A stretch of 64,000 nt of DNA from an uncultured Deinococcaceae bacterium (GTDB taxonomy: Bacteria; Deinococcota; Deinococci; Deinococcales; Deinococcaceae): NCBI GenBank assembly GCA_964252075.1, contig CAXULY010000004.1:128001-192000 (forward strand), in the 5' to 3' direction. Positions within the stretch are counted from its first letter, which is position 1. Every line of letters begins with the position of its first letter. This document shows, one piece after another, positions 13,388-22,088 of this stretch. The notes under the pieces were generated by a model. That model saw only the letters and a program-made list of their open reading frames with translations. It was not told the DNA's origin and ran no database searches. The translations under genes and the position numbers were made by a program.

Positions 13388-14227
13388 TCAGCTAATTTGT
13401 CTGAGAATGTACTTCAATATTCTGTAGGCTGGCTCGTAACATTTAATAGCGTTTTCATTTGGTACCAATTCTCCATGAAAGAGATGGCACCTCATTTGAT
13501 ATAAAATTTCTATCACCCCAGCATATAAATCCTCCTCCGTGCATTTAAAATCTATTGAGCCACATCTTATTATCTTTACGCCGCAGTTTAAAAGATCTAC
13601 AGGCGCTTTAGGATTTAAGCCTCTATACAGTGCGAGCACATATTGGGACTGATGCTCATTTAGATCGCCATCTCTAACCAAGCTACTCAATCTGTCGATA
13701 TCATATCTGTTATGGCTATCTATAAATCTGATATTGCCGCTTCGGCCTTTTACTCTTACCTCAATTAAACTTACCCCCCCTCTACTACCTAGATTAACTA
13801 TTATAGAATATTCAACACTGCTAAAAATTTTAGTAATGCTTGACATCGGCCTATCCCTCAGGTGTATATTAGAGAATGTAATTCTTCTCCTTTTAATACC
13901 TTTACCTGAGTACAGGCTGTACCTCTCTAAATTGCTATGCAACGAGGCAATGTCCACAAAGAAGCTTTCCTCTTCCTGAGAAGGTCTAAAGCCGCCATCC
14001 TGATCGGTTAATGCAAATTTTGGAACTATCGAATTTCTAATTGAGTTATCTTCATCTTTTATCTTATCAATAACATCCCTATCCCGCAATTCCTCTTCGT
14101 CCTCATCATAGACATTCCTGTACCAGGCATTGAAAGATAGCCAAGCTGATACAAAAAGAGGCAAATAGTCTATATCTGATATACTATCCCACAAAGCTTT
14201 GTTTTCTATATAATATCTGTTAGGCAT
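13388..14227 (-). CDS. HEPN-like (ApeA-type) putative RNase
   Basis: N-terminal FVSAWLSFNAWY and C-terminal LYQMRCHLFHG (RxxxxH); ATG overlaps stop of the specificity gene. Confidence 0.7.
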   Translation of the reverse strand: MPNRYYIENKALWDSISDIDYLPLFVSAWLSFNAWYRNVYDEDEEELRDRDVIDKIKDEDNSIRNSIVPKFALTDQDGGFRPSQEEESFFVDIASLHSNLERYSLYSGKGIKRRRITFSNIHLRDRPMSSITKIFSSVEYSIIVNLGSRGGVSLIEVRVKGRSGNIRFIDSHNRYDIDRLSSLVRDGDLNEHQSQYVLALYRGLNPKAPVDLLNCGVKIIRCGSIDFKCTEEDLYAGVIEILYQMRCHLFHGELVPNENAIKCYEPAYRILKYILRQIS

Positions 14228-15624
14228 ATCTCTCACTTGCAGTGTTAATACATTTTATTGCCGCTTCTTCTGATTCCTCAATAGCGATCTCAACTGCTTG
14301 CTTAGCAGATTCGAGAAGACGGATAGACCGTTGTTTCGCATCGAATCCTTTGAGTACAAGGGTGCGTATTTGCTTTTGAAGAGGTTCAGGGGCATCCCAA
14401 ATAGAAAAGCGCGCTATATCGGCAGGGTACAATTCAATTTGTCCCGAGGACCCCCGAAGCCTTTGTTCAACTTGCATTTGTCCAAGATGACTATTGAGAA
14501 ATACTGAAAGATAGACAGGGTCTATCCGCCCAGGTATTGGACGCAAAACCGTTACATGATTGTCAGGTACAGATTCAAAGTCAAAGAGATAAGGGGCTGC
14601 GCGTCCAATCGTGCCAACTCCCGTCCCATTCATAGCCACATCGCCTATACGCAGGGATAGATCGTATTCGCTGTGCGTAAAACGGTTGTCATCGTTGATT
14701 TGAATTTGACCGTGTACAACGTGCTTTGAGTTCACAACGGGCAACCCGGAATCTGAATAGGAAGGTTGCTTGCCGCGCTCATGTAATACCAAGAGGTCAC
14801 CTAATTTTGTAGACGCACCTGTATTTTCAATTTGTAGTGCAAGGTCTACATACTTTTCTTTAAAATGCTCGGCATCCAGCCTTCCCGCCCCAAACACATC
14901 CTTCGAGGTGCGCTCGTATGTCAGTGGCTCCGGGGGCTGCCACTGCTCTAACCCAAGCTCGGAGAGCAAGAGGGCCTCAGCTCGCCTAAGCTGGGCATGC
15001 GCCTGTCCCTGCAATTCCTCGCTTTTTTTGTAAATCGTTTTAATAGCATCTGTGAAATCGTAAGAAACGTCTGGAATAGGAATACTATACAAATCGTCTT
15101 TCGCTATATAACTAACAAGAAGATTGGTTTTAAGTCTGTCCTTTAGTGCTTGTCCATATTTAGTCAGTAAAAAAAACTGCTACTATATACTTTTTGTCAT
15201 CCTCGTTTGTAGTAAGCTTGAAACAAGTCCCACTGACCAAAGTTTTCCTAGGGAATCCCTCTGGAACAATTGCAATCTTTTCTGCTCTGCCCTTGACTTC
15301 TATCAAGAGCTCTCCCGACTGAATTCTTCCTTTCGTATACCTTATCCACTCTGACTCTGCTACGCGAATCATGTCTTCAGAATTGATGAAAGGTGTCGTT
15401 ATGTTGGAAGATTGAAGAAAATATGGAAGAGTGCTATTATAATCGCCCTCAATGGCTTCTGTATTTTCGTAAACAACCCTATACCCAGACTTAACCAGAC
15501 TGCCGAGCTCTGGTGAGCCTTCAAGCCGCTTGGCTGCAAATAGCGCTGCACGGTTGAAATATTCTGGATCAATTCTTATTTGAGCGTTACCTGCTTTGAC
15601 CTCGCTCAGGCCAACTTCGGCCAT
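14220..15624 (-). pseudogene. restriction-modification specificity subunit (two TRDs), frameshifted at T8 tract 15169-15176 (phase-variable, mutated or sequencing error)
   Basis: RIDPEYF / RLDAEHF repeats; YLSVFLNSHLGQMQ..GSSGQ; removing one T gives KYIVAVFLLTKYGQALKDRLKTN..IPIPD, continuous with ORF 14220-15092; AGGAGG RBS before ATG 15624. Confidence 0.8.
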
Positions 15625-15674
15625 TTCCAGCCCCTCCTGAAGTGCCCGGTAGCGGGCTTCATCGAAGGGGCGAT

Positions 15675-17678
15675 CTAAAAAAAACTGAGCTGCTCCCGAC
15701 GTGCGAACTCTATAAATGCTTCGGCAATCCCGTCTCCGGTAAGGTTGTCGTGATTGAAGAGGTCGTGCTGAACAATCCAGTGACCGTGGCTGTCGCGCAG
15801 GCGCAGGCCGCGCTCGTCGGTCACGTAAATCTTGTCGCCGCTGTTGTCCTTGCTGGCCTTCTGCTGTGTGGCGAAAAAGATGGGGTAGTCGTCCACCCTG
15901 GGGCATAAAGCGCCCGCCTCAGGATCATCGTTCCACTTCTGCACGAAGAGCACGCTGGTCTTGGTGCCTGTGTGAGGCTTGAAGGTGTTGGGGTGCAATC
16001 CCACCACGGCCAGAATCCGGCAGCGCTCCATGATGTACTCGCGCACCCGCTTGTCGCTGCTGTTGTTGAAACGGCCTTGCGGCAAGACCACCGCCATACG
16101 CCCGCCCGGCTTCAAAAAGTCCAAGTTGCGCTCAATGAAGAGCAAATCACGGCCTACGGCACTTTCGATCTTGCCATTTGGCTTGTGCCCCAGGTCGTAG
16201 TGGCTCAGCATACTGCTCTGCTTGATGTCGCCTGCGAACGGTGGGTTCGCTAGCAACAAGTCGAACTTGAACTGACGATTGCTGGCCTTTTCGGCGCGTA
16301 GGCGCTTAAACCTCCGCCAGCCGTCGCCGTAAGCGTTGTCCCACTCCTCGTCTTCCTTCACACGCTGGTCCCAACGGGTGTAATCGAGCGTATTCAAGTG
16401 CAATACGTTCGTCTGACCGTCTCCAGCGATCAAGTTTAGGCAACGGGCAACACGAACGCTCTTTTCGTCAAAATCAATCGCGTAGACTTTCTCTTTGACA
16501 TATTCATGACAACGGGCAGGTTTGTCCTCAACAGTAAATAGGTGAGAGGTGGGAATGTTTTCGTCTTTTAGAATCTGTTCCCAGACGTAAAAAATACTAT
16601 GTACGGTAAATCCAGCGCTGCCTGCGGCTGTGTCAATAATATTTTCATCCTCCTTGGGACTCATCATCTTGACAGCCATATCAATAACCCAGCGTGGTGT
16701 AAAGTATTGACCCTTTTCACCTTTACTGCTCTTGTTGACCAAGTACTCAAATGCCTCGTCTACCACGTCCAGATTACTATTAAACAGTTTCCACTCCTCC
16801 AAGCTACCCACGCACACCTGTAGGTGCTCGGCGCTCAGACGTAAGCGGTCACTTTCAGGAAACACGCCGGGCCACTTCGCGCGAGCCTCGTCGAAAAGTG
16901 TCTGAATCTGTTCCTTGACCTCGCTGGCCGTACCAGTATTCCTAAAGCGCAGCGTCTTGTTTTTGCTGCGCGTGCTATTCATTTCGTCATACAGCTTAGT
17001 AAATATGAGCTTGAACACTTCCTCGAATACGTCCACGCCCGCGTTGGCGAGCACTTCGTTTTCCATGTCCTCGATCAGGTCGCGCAGGCTGCGTGCCTGA
17101 GCTCCCGCCTTGTCACGCTCATTCTCTTTCTCAATTAGTGTTTCTATTGTCCAAGGTTGGTTAACAATGTCTTGAATGCTCTGGCTATTGTTGGGCAAAT
17201 CAGGAATTTCAACAAAGGTGTTGTAGTTCTGCCGATACCAACTAATGCCCTCGGCAGCATTGCCCCACAAAGCCAAGGGGGCACCTGTCGCAAGGGTGTA
17301 AGACTTGAGTTGGTCCTTGCCCTCTTTGCGCTTACCCTGCTTGACCTCAACCAGAATGTATGGAGCAGTCGAGTCGTCTTTGTCGAACACTACAATATCA
17401 GCGCGTTTGCTTGTATCACGTCCGAAAGTGACCGGGTACTCGACCCCAATACGGCTCTTAGGGTAGCTGTAGTGGTGCAGTAGGCGATGAAGCCAGAGTT
17501 GGCGGATGATCTCTTCGTGCTTGGCCTGAATGTCTTTCCCGCGAACTTGGCACTTGATGTATGTCCTGCCGTTCTTCTCAAGCAGCATGGCGCCCACGGC
17601 ATTGACTGTCGCCATACCAAAAGTGGCTTGGGCGGCGCTCACGGCGTCCATGCCGATAATGTCGTGAATGGATTGCAT
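15675..17678 (-). CDS. fused restriction endonuclease / N6-adenine methyltransferase (type IIG/IIB-like, HsdR_N + HsdM-like)
   Basis: N-terminal KRADIVVF..ILVEVK PD-(D/E)xK motif; GQYFTPR, DTAAGSAGF (motif I), NPPF (motif IV). Confidence 0.92.
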   Translation of the reverse strand: MQSIHDIIGMDAVSAAQATFGMATVNAVGAMLLEKNGRTYIKCQVRGKDIQAKHEEIIRQLWLHRLLHHYSYPKSRIGVEYPVTFGRDTSKRADIVVFDKDDSTAPYILVEVKQGKRKEGKDQLKSYTLATGAPLALWGNAAEGISWYRQNYNTFVEIPDLPNNSQSIQDIVNQPWTIETLIEKENERDKAGAQARSLRDLIEDMENEVLANAGVDVFEEVFKLIFTKLYDEMNSTRSKNKTLRFRNTGTASEVKEQIQTLFDEARAKWPGVFPESDRLRLSAEHLQVCVGSLEEWKLFNSNLDVVDEAFEYLVNKSSKGEKGQYFTPRWVIDMAVKMMSPKEDENIIDTAAGSAGFTVHSIFYVWEQILKDENIPTSHLFTVEDKPARCHEYVKEKVYAIDFDEKSVRVARCLNLIAGDGQTNVLHLNTLDYTRWDQRVKEDEEWDNAYGDGWRRFKRLRAEKASNRQFKFDLLLANPPFAGDIKQSSMLSHYDLGHKPNGKIESAVGRDLLFIERNLDFLKPGGRMAVVLPQGRFNNSSDKRVREYIMERCRILAVVGLHPNTFKPHTGTKTSVLFVQKWNDDPEAGALCPRVDDYPIFFATQQKASKDNSGDKIYVTDERGLRLRDSHGHWIVQHDLFNHDNLTGDGIAEAFIEFARREQLSFF

Positions 17679-17717
17679 CGCCCCCGAGTATAGAGCGGGG
17701 TCTTCAAACGGCTGAAC

Positions 17718-17827
17718 TCACTCCATCGGAATCGTCCTTCTCTCCCGCCCCTTGAAGGTCACCGTGTCTCCCTGTAACCGGCCTCGTACAGCAGCTTCGC
17801 AGCGCGCTCGAAATCCTGCGGGCGGTG
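17718..17827 (-). pseudogene. decayed duplicate of the 3' end of the HisJ-family gene
   Basis: Aligns by eye with 19274-19393; encodes ..TVTFKGRERRTIPME* versus ..TVSFNGRERRVLPLA*. Confidence 0.75.
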
Positions 17828-17889
17828 AGGAGCAGGCGGGCAGGCCTGGAAGGGTCCGGGGCTGGAGCTGTTCCCTCCGCTGTTTGCAC

Positions 17890-17931
17890 TTGACGCGAGA
17901 GGGAAGGACGACTAAGATTTGAACATGTTCA
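17890..17931 (+). promoter_or_regulatory. sigma70 promoter (TTGACG-17-TAAGAT) with palindromic operator TGAACATGTTCA
   Basis: -35 at 17890-17895, -10 at 17913-17918, perfect 12-bp palindrome at 17920-17931. Confidence 0.65.
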
Positions 17932-18104
17932 GAAATGTGCCGGGGGCAGTGATGGACGACCAACGGCGGGCCGGGTGGCCTGCGGTTCTCGTCGGCGGCC
18001 CTGGCACAGGAGGTCAGACTGGTTCAAGTCATCCTGCCACTCAAGCGTCTTCTGGCTCTGGCCGGGTGGTTCGCGCGTCCTTTCCCTCATTCCGCTGTGC
18101 TGGC

Positions 18105-18123
18105 TATAATTTGAACATGTTCA
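18105..18123 (+). promoter_or_regulatory. TATAAT -10 plus second TGAACATGTTCA operator overlapping the TetR start codon
   Basis: TATAAT 18105-18110; palindrome 18112-18123; ATG 18117 (leaderless). Confidence 0.75.
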
Positions 18124-18824
18124 GTCAACTGGCAGGCCCGGAAGAGACCAAGGCCGAGCGCACCCGCCGCAAGGTCTACGACACCGCCATGCGGCTGTTC
18201 CGCGAGCGCGGCTTCGACGAGACCACCATGCGCGACATCAGCCGCGAGGCGGGGCTGGCGCTGGGCACCGCCTACTACCACTTCCCCAGCAAGGAAGCCA
18301 TCATCGCCTCCTACTACGAGGCCACCCAGTACCGCCACCACGCGCACGTGGTCGAGCACCTCCCCGGCCTGAAGACCCTGCCCGAGCGCCTGCGGCTGGT
18401 CTTCCGCAGCAAGATCGAGCAGCTGAGGCCCGACCGCGCCCTGCTCGGCACCATCTTCCGCTACACCGGGGACCCCAGGCACCCCCTGAGCCTGCTGGGT
18501 GAGGGCACCCGCGACCTGCAACGCCAGACCGTCCAGACCATCGCGCTCGCCCTGCAGGGCGAACACTTCCCGCAGGAGGTGGGGCGCCTGCTGCCGCTCG
18601 CGCTGTTCAGCCTGCAGATGGGCCTGCTGCTGTACCTGCTCTACGACACCAGTGACGAGCAGACGCGCACCTTCACCCTGACCGACCAGAGCCTCGCGCT
18701 CACCGTGCAGCTGCTGGGCGTGACGCGCCAGCCGCTGCTGCAGCCGGTCGTCACCCCCCTCCTGCGCCAGGTGCGCCTCATGCTGAGCGCCGCGCAGATT
18801 GACCTGTCCCCCACCAAGGAGTAA
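18117..18824 (+). CDS. TetR family transcriptional regulator
   Basis: LFRERGFDETTMRDISREAGLALGTAYYHFPSKEAI HTH. Confidence 0.93.
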   Translation: MFSQLAGPEETKAERTRRKVYDTAMRLFRERGFDETTMRDISREAGLALGTAYYHFPSKEAIIASYYEATQYRHHAHVVEHLPGLKTLPERLRLVFRSKIEQLRPDRALLGTIFRYTGDPRHPLSLLGEGTRDLQRQTVQTIALALQGEHFPQEVGRLLPLALFSLQMGLLLYLLYDTSDEQTRTFTLTDQSLALTVQLLGVTRQPLLQPVVTPLLRQVRLMLSAAQIDLSPTKE

Positions 18825-18827
18825 GTC

Positions 18828-19229
18828 ATGCTTGAAGTCACCACCTCGCTGCTGTACCTGGCCCTCAGCCTCGCCGTCACCATCTGGGTGGGCACCACCC
18901 TGTTCCGGCATGGCCGGGTCTTTCTGGTGGACGCCTTCCTGGGCAACGCGGCCATGGCGGACAGCGTGAACCACCTGCTTCGGATCGGCTTCTACCTCCT
19001 GAACGTCGGCTTCATCGGGCTCTTCCTGAACACTGGCGGCGCGCCGCACAGCGTGGCGCAGGTGGTCCGGCAGCTCAGCTGGCAGCTGGGCGTGGTGATG
19101 CTGGTACTGGGGGTGGTCCACCTGTTCAACATGAAGGTCATCTCGGGGATGCGCAACCGCGCCCTGCAGCGCCAGCAGCCCACCCCGACCCCGACCTTCG
19201 CGCCCCCGCCCGTGACCCAGCCCAGCTGA
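18828..19229 (+). CDS. small integral membrane protein (3 TM)
   Basis: Hydrophobic helices, SVNHLL.IGFYLLN.G; AGGAG RBS; follows tetR. Confidence 0.8.
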   Translation: MLEVTTSLLYLALSLAVTIWVGTTLFRHGRVFLVDAFLGNAAMADSVNHLLRIGFYLLNVGFIGLFLNTGGAPHSVAQVVRQLSWQLGVVMLVLGVVHLFNMKVISGMRNRALQRQQPTPTPTFAPPPVTQPS

Positions 19230-19273
19230 ATGCTTTGGCACCTGGACGGCCCGTGCGATCAGGCGCGGGCCGC

Positions 19274-20080
19274 CTACGCCAGTGGCAACACCCGTCTCTC
19301 CCGCCCGTTAAAGCTCACCGTCTCCCGGTACCCGGCTTCGTACAGGAGTTTCGCGGCGCGCTCGAAGTCGGCCCCCACATCCTGCGGGCGGTGCGCGTCG
19401 CTGCCCAGGCAGACGGGGATGCCGCGCTGCGCGGTCAGGGCGAGGATGGCGGGGCTGGGGAAGCACTCGTTCACAGGTTTGCGCCAGCCGCTGGTGTTCA
19501 GCTCGATGGCGACGCCACTGTCCCGGATGGCGTCGAGGGTCTCGTCGAGTTCCGGGGTGTGCCACTTGGTGGGCATGTGCCCCTTGGTCTTGAGGCAGTC
19601 CATGTGCGCGAGCACGTCGAAGAACGGGTCCGTGACGGCCTCCCGCGTGAGGGCGAGGTAGCGGCTCCAGGCGTCGCCGCGCGTCCAGCCGTCGGGGCGT
19701 TTGGGCTTGAAAATGCTCCAACCGTCCAGCCAGTGCACGCTCCCGATTACGTAATCGAGGGGCGCGCTGGCGATCAGGGCGCGGTAGTCCGCCTCGCTGC
19801 CCGGCACAAAATCCGCCTCGACACCCGCGAGGACGGGAATGCGGTCCGCGTACTCGGCCTTGAGGTCCAGCATCTCGCGCGTGTACTCCGGGTAGGCGCT
19901 GTGGGGCATGGCGGTCTGCGGGAGGGGGTGGTCGCCGGGCAGGAACAGCAGGGGGCCGTGGTCGCTGAAGCCCACGGCACTCAGGGTGCGCGTCCGGGCG
20001 GCCTCCACCACGTCGCGGAGGTGGCCGGTGGCGTGCCCGCAGCGCCAGTGGTGGGTGTGGTGGTCGGGGAGCAGGGTCAC
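19274..20080 (-). CDS. hisJ: histidinol-phosphatase, HisJ family (PHP)
   Basis: DHHTH, GFSDH, GVEAD, IGSVH, LAHMD, IELNTSG, GSDAH; GTG start 7 nt after TATGAT (alternative ATG 20092). Confidence 0.88.
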   Translation of the reverse strand: MTLLPDHHTHHWRCGHATGHLRDVVEAARTRTLSAVGFSDHGPLLFLPGDHPLPQTAMPHSAYPEYTREMLDLKAEYADRIPVLAGVEADFVPGSEADYRALIASAPLDYVIGSVHWLDGWSIFKPKRPDGWTRGDAWSRYLALTREAVTDPFFDVLAHMDCLKTKGHMPTKWHTPELDETLDAIRDSGVAIELNTSGWRKPVNECFPSPAILALTAQRGIPVCLGSDAHRPQDVGADFERAAKLLYEAGYRETVSFNGRERRVLPLA

Positions 20081-20145
20081 GGCCTCGATCATAGCCCTGG
20101 GTCCCGCGGACAATTCGTTTTCGGCTGAAAGGATAGGTTTGGCGT

Positions 20146-21939
20146 GTGACCCTGAAGCCCACCCGCCTCCCGCCCGAAACGAACGTCACGCGCCGCCTGT
20201 ACGGCCTCATCACGCCCTACCGCCGCACGGTCGCGGCGGGCATGCTGTGCCTGATCGTGTCCGTCGCCGCCGAGCTGTTCCCGCCCCTCACGTGGAAGAA
20301 CGTGGTGGATGTCGGCATTGCGCGGCGCGACTGGACGTACATCGCGTGGCAGCTGGCGCTCCTGGTCGTGGTGTTCGCTGTGGGGCAGCTGTTCAGCGCG
20401 TGGCGGGGGCTGCTGCTGGAGCGCGCCGGGCAGCGCCTCAGCCTGGACCTGCGCCTGCGGCTGTACGCGAAGCTGCAGGGGCAGTCCGCCGCGTACTTCG
20501 CGGGGCACCGCACGGGCGACCTGCTGGCGCGCGTGACGGCAGACGTGGACGGCGTGCAGGACGTGCTGGTGCGCGGCACGGACGCGGTCCTCGCGAACGC
20601 CCTGCGGCTGCTGGGCGTGGCGGCGATCTTCATTGCGCTGCAGCCGGTGCTGGGCCTCATCGTGCTGATCCCGATGGTGCTGGTGGGCGTGCTGCTCACC
20701 CGCTACAACCGCCAGGTGCTGCCCGCGTACCGCGCGGCGCGGCGGCGGCTGGGCCTGCTGGGCGCCGTCATCACGGACAACCTCGCGGGCGTGCGGGTCA
20801 TTCAGGGCTTCGCGCGGGAGCGTCAGGAGCAGGCGAAGGTGGAGGCGATTGGGCGGGAGCTGTACGAGGACGGCGTGCAGGCCGTGAAGCTGCGCAACCG
20901 GGTGTTCCCGGTGATCCGCTTCGTGTCCAACTTCGGGAACGTGCTGATGCTGGGCGTCGGCGCGGTCTTCATTGTGCGCGGGCAGTTCACGCTGGGCGGC
21001 CTGCTGGCGTACCGGGGGTACGGGCGGTACTTCTTCGGGCCGGTGGACGACCTCGTGAGCATCAACGACCTGTTGCAGCGCGCGGAGGCCAGCGGGCGGC
21101 GCATCTTCGAGGTGCTGGACGCGCCCGTGACGATCGCGGACGCGCCGGACGCCCGGCCCCTCCCGCAGCCCGCGCGCGGCGAGCTGCACTTTGAGGGCGT
21201 GACCTTCGGGTACGACCCCGCCCGACCGGTGCTGCGCGGCCTGGACCTGCGGGTGCTGGCGGGCGAGCGGGTGGCCCTGCTGGGCTTCTCCGGCGCGGGC
21301 AAGAGCACCCTGCTGGCCCTCGCGACGCGCCTGTACGACCCGCAGGGCGGGCGCGTCACGCTGGACGGACTGGACCTGCGCGGCCTCACGCTGGATTCCC
21401 TGCGCGGCACGGTGGCGACCATGCAGCAGGACACCTACCTGTTCCACGGCACCGTCTTGGAGAACCTGCGCTTCGCGCGCCCCGACGCGACGCCCGTGGA
21501 GGTCGAGGAGGCGCTGCGGGTGGCGGGCGCCTGGGCGTTCGTGCAGGCCCTCCCGGACGGTTTGAATACGGTGGTGGGCGAGCGCGGCGTGCGGCTCTCC
21601 GGCGGGCAGCGCCAGCGCCTCGCCATCGCGCGCACGCTGCTCGCGCAGCCCACCGTGCTGCTGCTGGATGAACCCACCAGCGCGCTCGACCCTGAGTCCG
21701 AGGCGGGCATCGTGGCGGCCCTGGAGCGCCTGATGCGCGGGCGCACCGCGCTGATCGTGTCGCACCGGCTGTCCCTGGCGCGCGGCGCGGACCGCGTGGT
21801 GGTGCTGGACGGCGGGCGGGTGGTGGAGGACGGTCCCCCCGCCGAGCTGCGCCTCCGGGGCGGGCGCTACGCCGAGATGGAACGCAGCGCGCAGCTGACC
21901 GGCACGCTGCTGGAGGAGGTGAGCGGCCCCGCCGACTGA
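20146..21939 (+). CDS. ABC exporter, fused permease/ATPase
   Basis: TM domain, GFSGAGKST, LSGGQRQR, LLLDEPT. Confidence 0.93.
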   Translation: MTLKPTRLPPETNVTRRLYGLITPYRRTVAAGMLCLIVSVAAELFPPLTWKNVVDVGIARRDWTYIAWQLALLVVVFAVGQLFSAWRGLLLERAGQRLSLDLRLRLYAKLQGQSAAYFAGHRTGDLLARVTADVDGVQDVLVRGTDAVLANALRLLGVAAIFIALQPVLGLIVLIPMVLVGVLLTRYNRQVLPAYRAARRRLGLLGAVITDNLAGVRVIQGFARERQEQAKVEAIGRELYEDGVQAVKLRNRVFPVIRFVSNFGNVLMLGVGAVFIVRGQFTLGGLLAYRGYGRYFFGPVDDLVSINDLLQRAEASGRRIFEVLDAPVTIADAPDARPLPQPARGELHFEGVTFGYDPARPVLRGLDLRVLAGERVALLGFSGAGKSTLLALATRLYDPQGGRVTLDGLDLRGLTLDSLRGTVATMQQDTYLFHGTVLENLRFARPDATPVEVEEALRVAGAWAFVQALPDGLNTVVGERGVRLSGGQRQRLAIARTLLAQPTVLLLDEPTSALDPESEAGIVAALERLMRGRTALIVSHRLSLARGADRVVVLDGGRVVEDGPPAELRLRGGRYAEMERSAQLTGTLLEEVSGPAD

Positions 21940-22088
21940 TGGAGCGGGCCGTGCACGGCGTACACTGGGAGGTGGCGTCAGGGGCGGGCCTTCACGCATG
22001 CTTCATCAGGACCCCCGGCCCGTCCCGTAGGCTGTGAACTGCAGAGTCACGCCTGCCTGACGGCGGGCGCCAGGAAAGCCCCAAACAC

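Larger units (their letters stand above)
13388..17698 (-). mobile_element. AT-rich horizontally acquired defence island (R-M + HEPN-like gene); no integrase seen
   Basis: Abrupt drop in GC relative to flanks, inserted directly upstream of dnaE; three co-oriented, overlapping or adjacent genes. Confidence 0.75.

Noticed and set aside
15685..15906. N-terminal part of ORF 15160-15906 as real protein
   Set aside because: Overlaps the methyltransferase in another frame; S-like sequence starts only after the T8 tract
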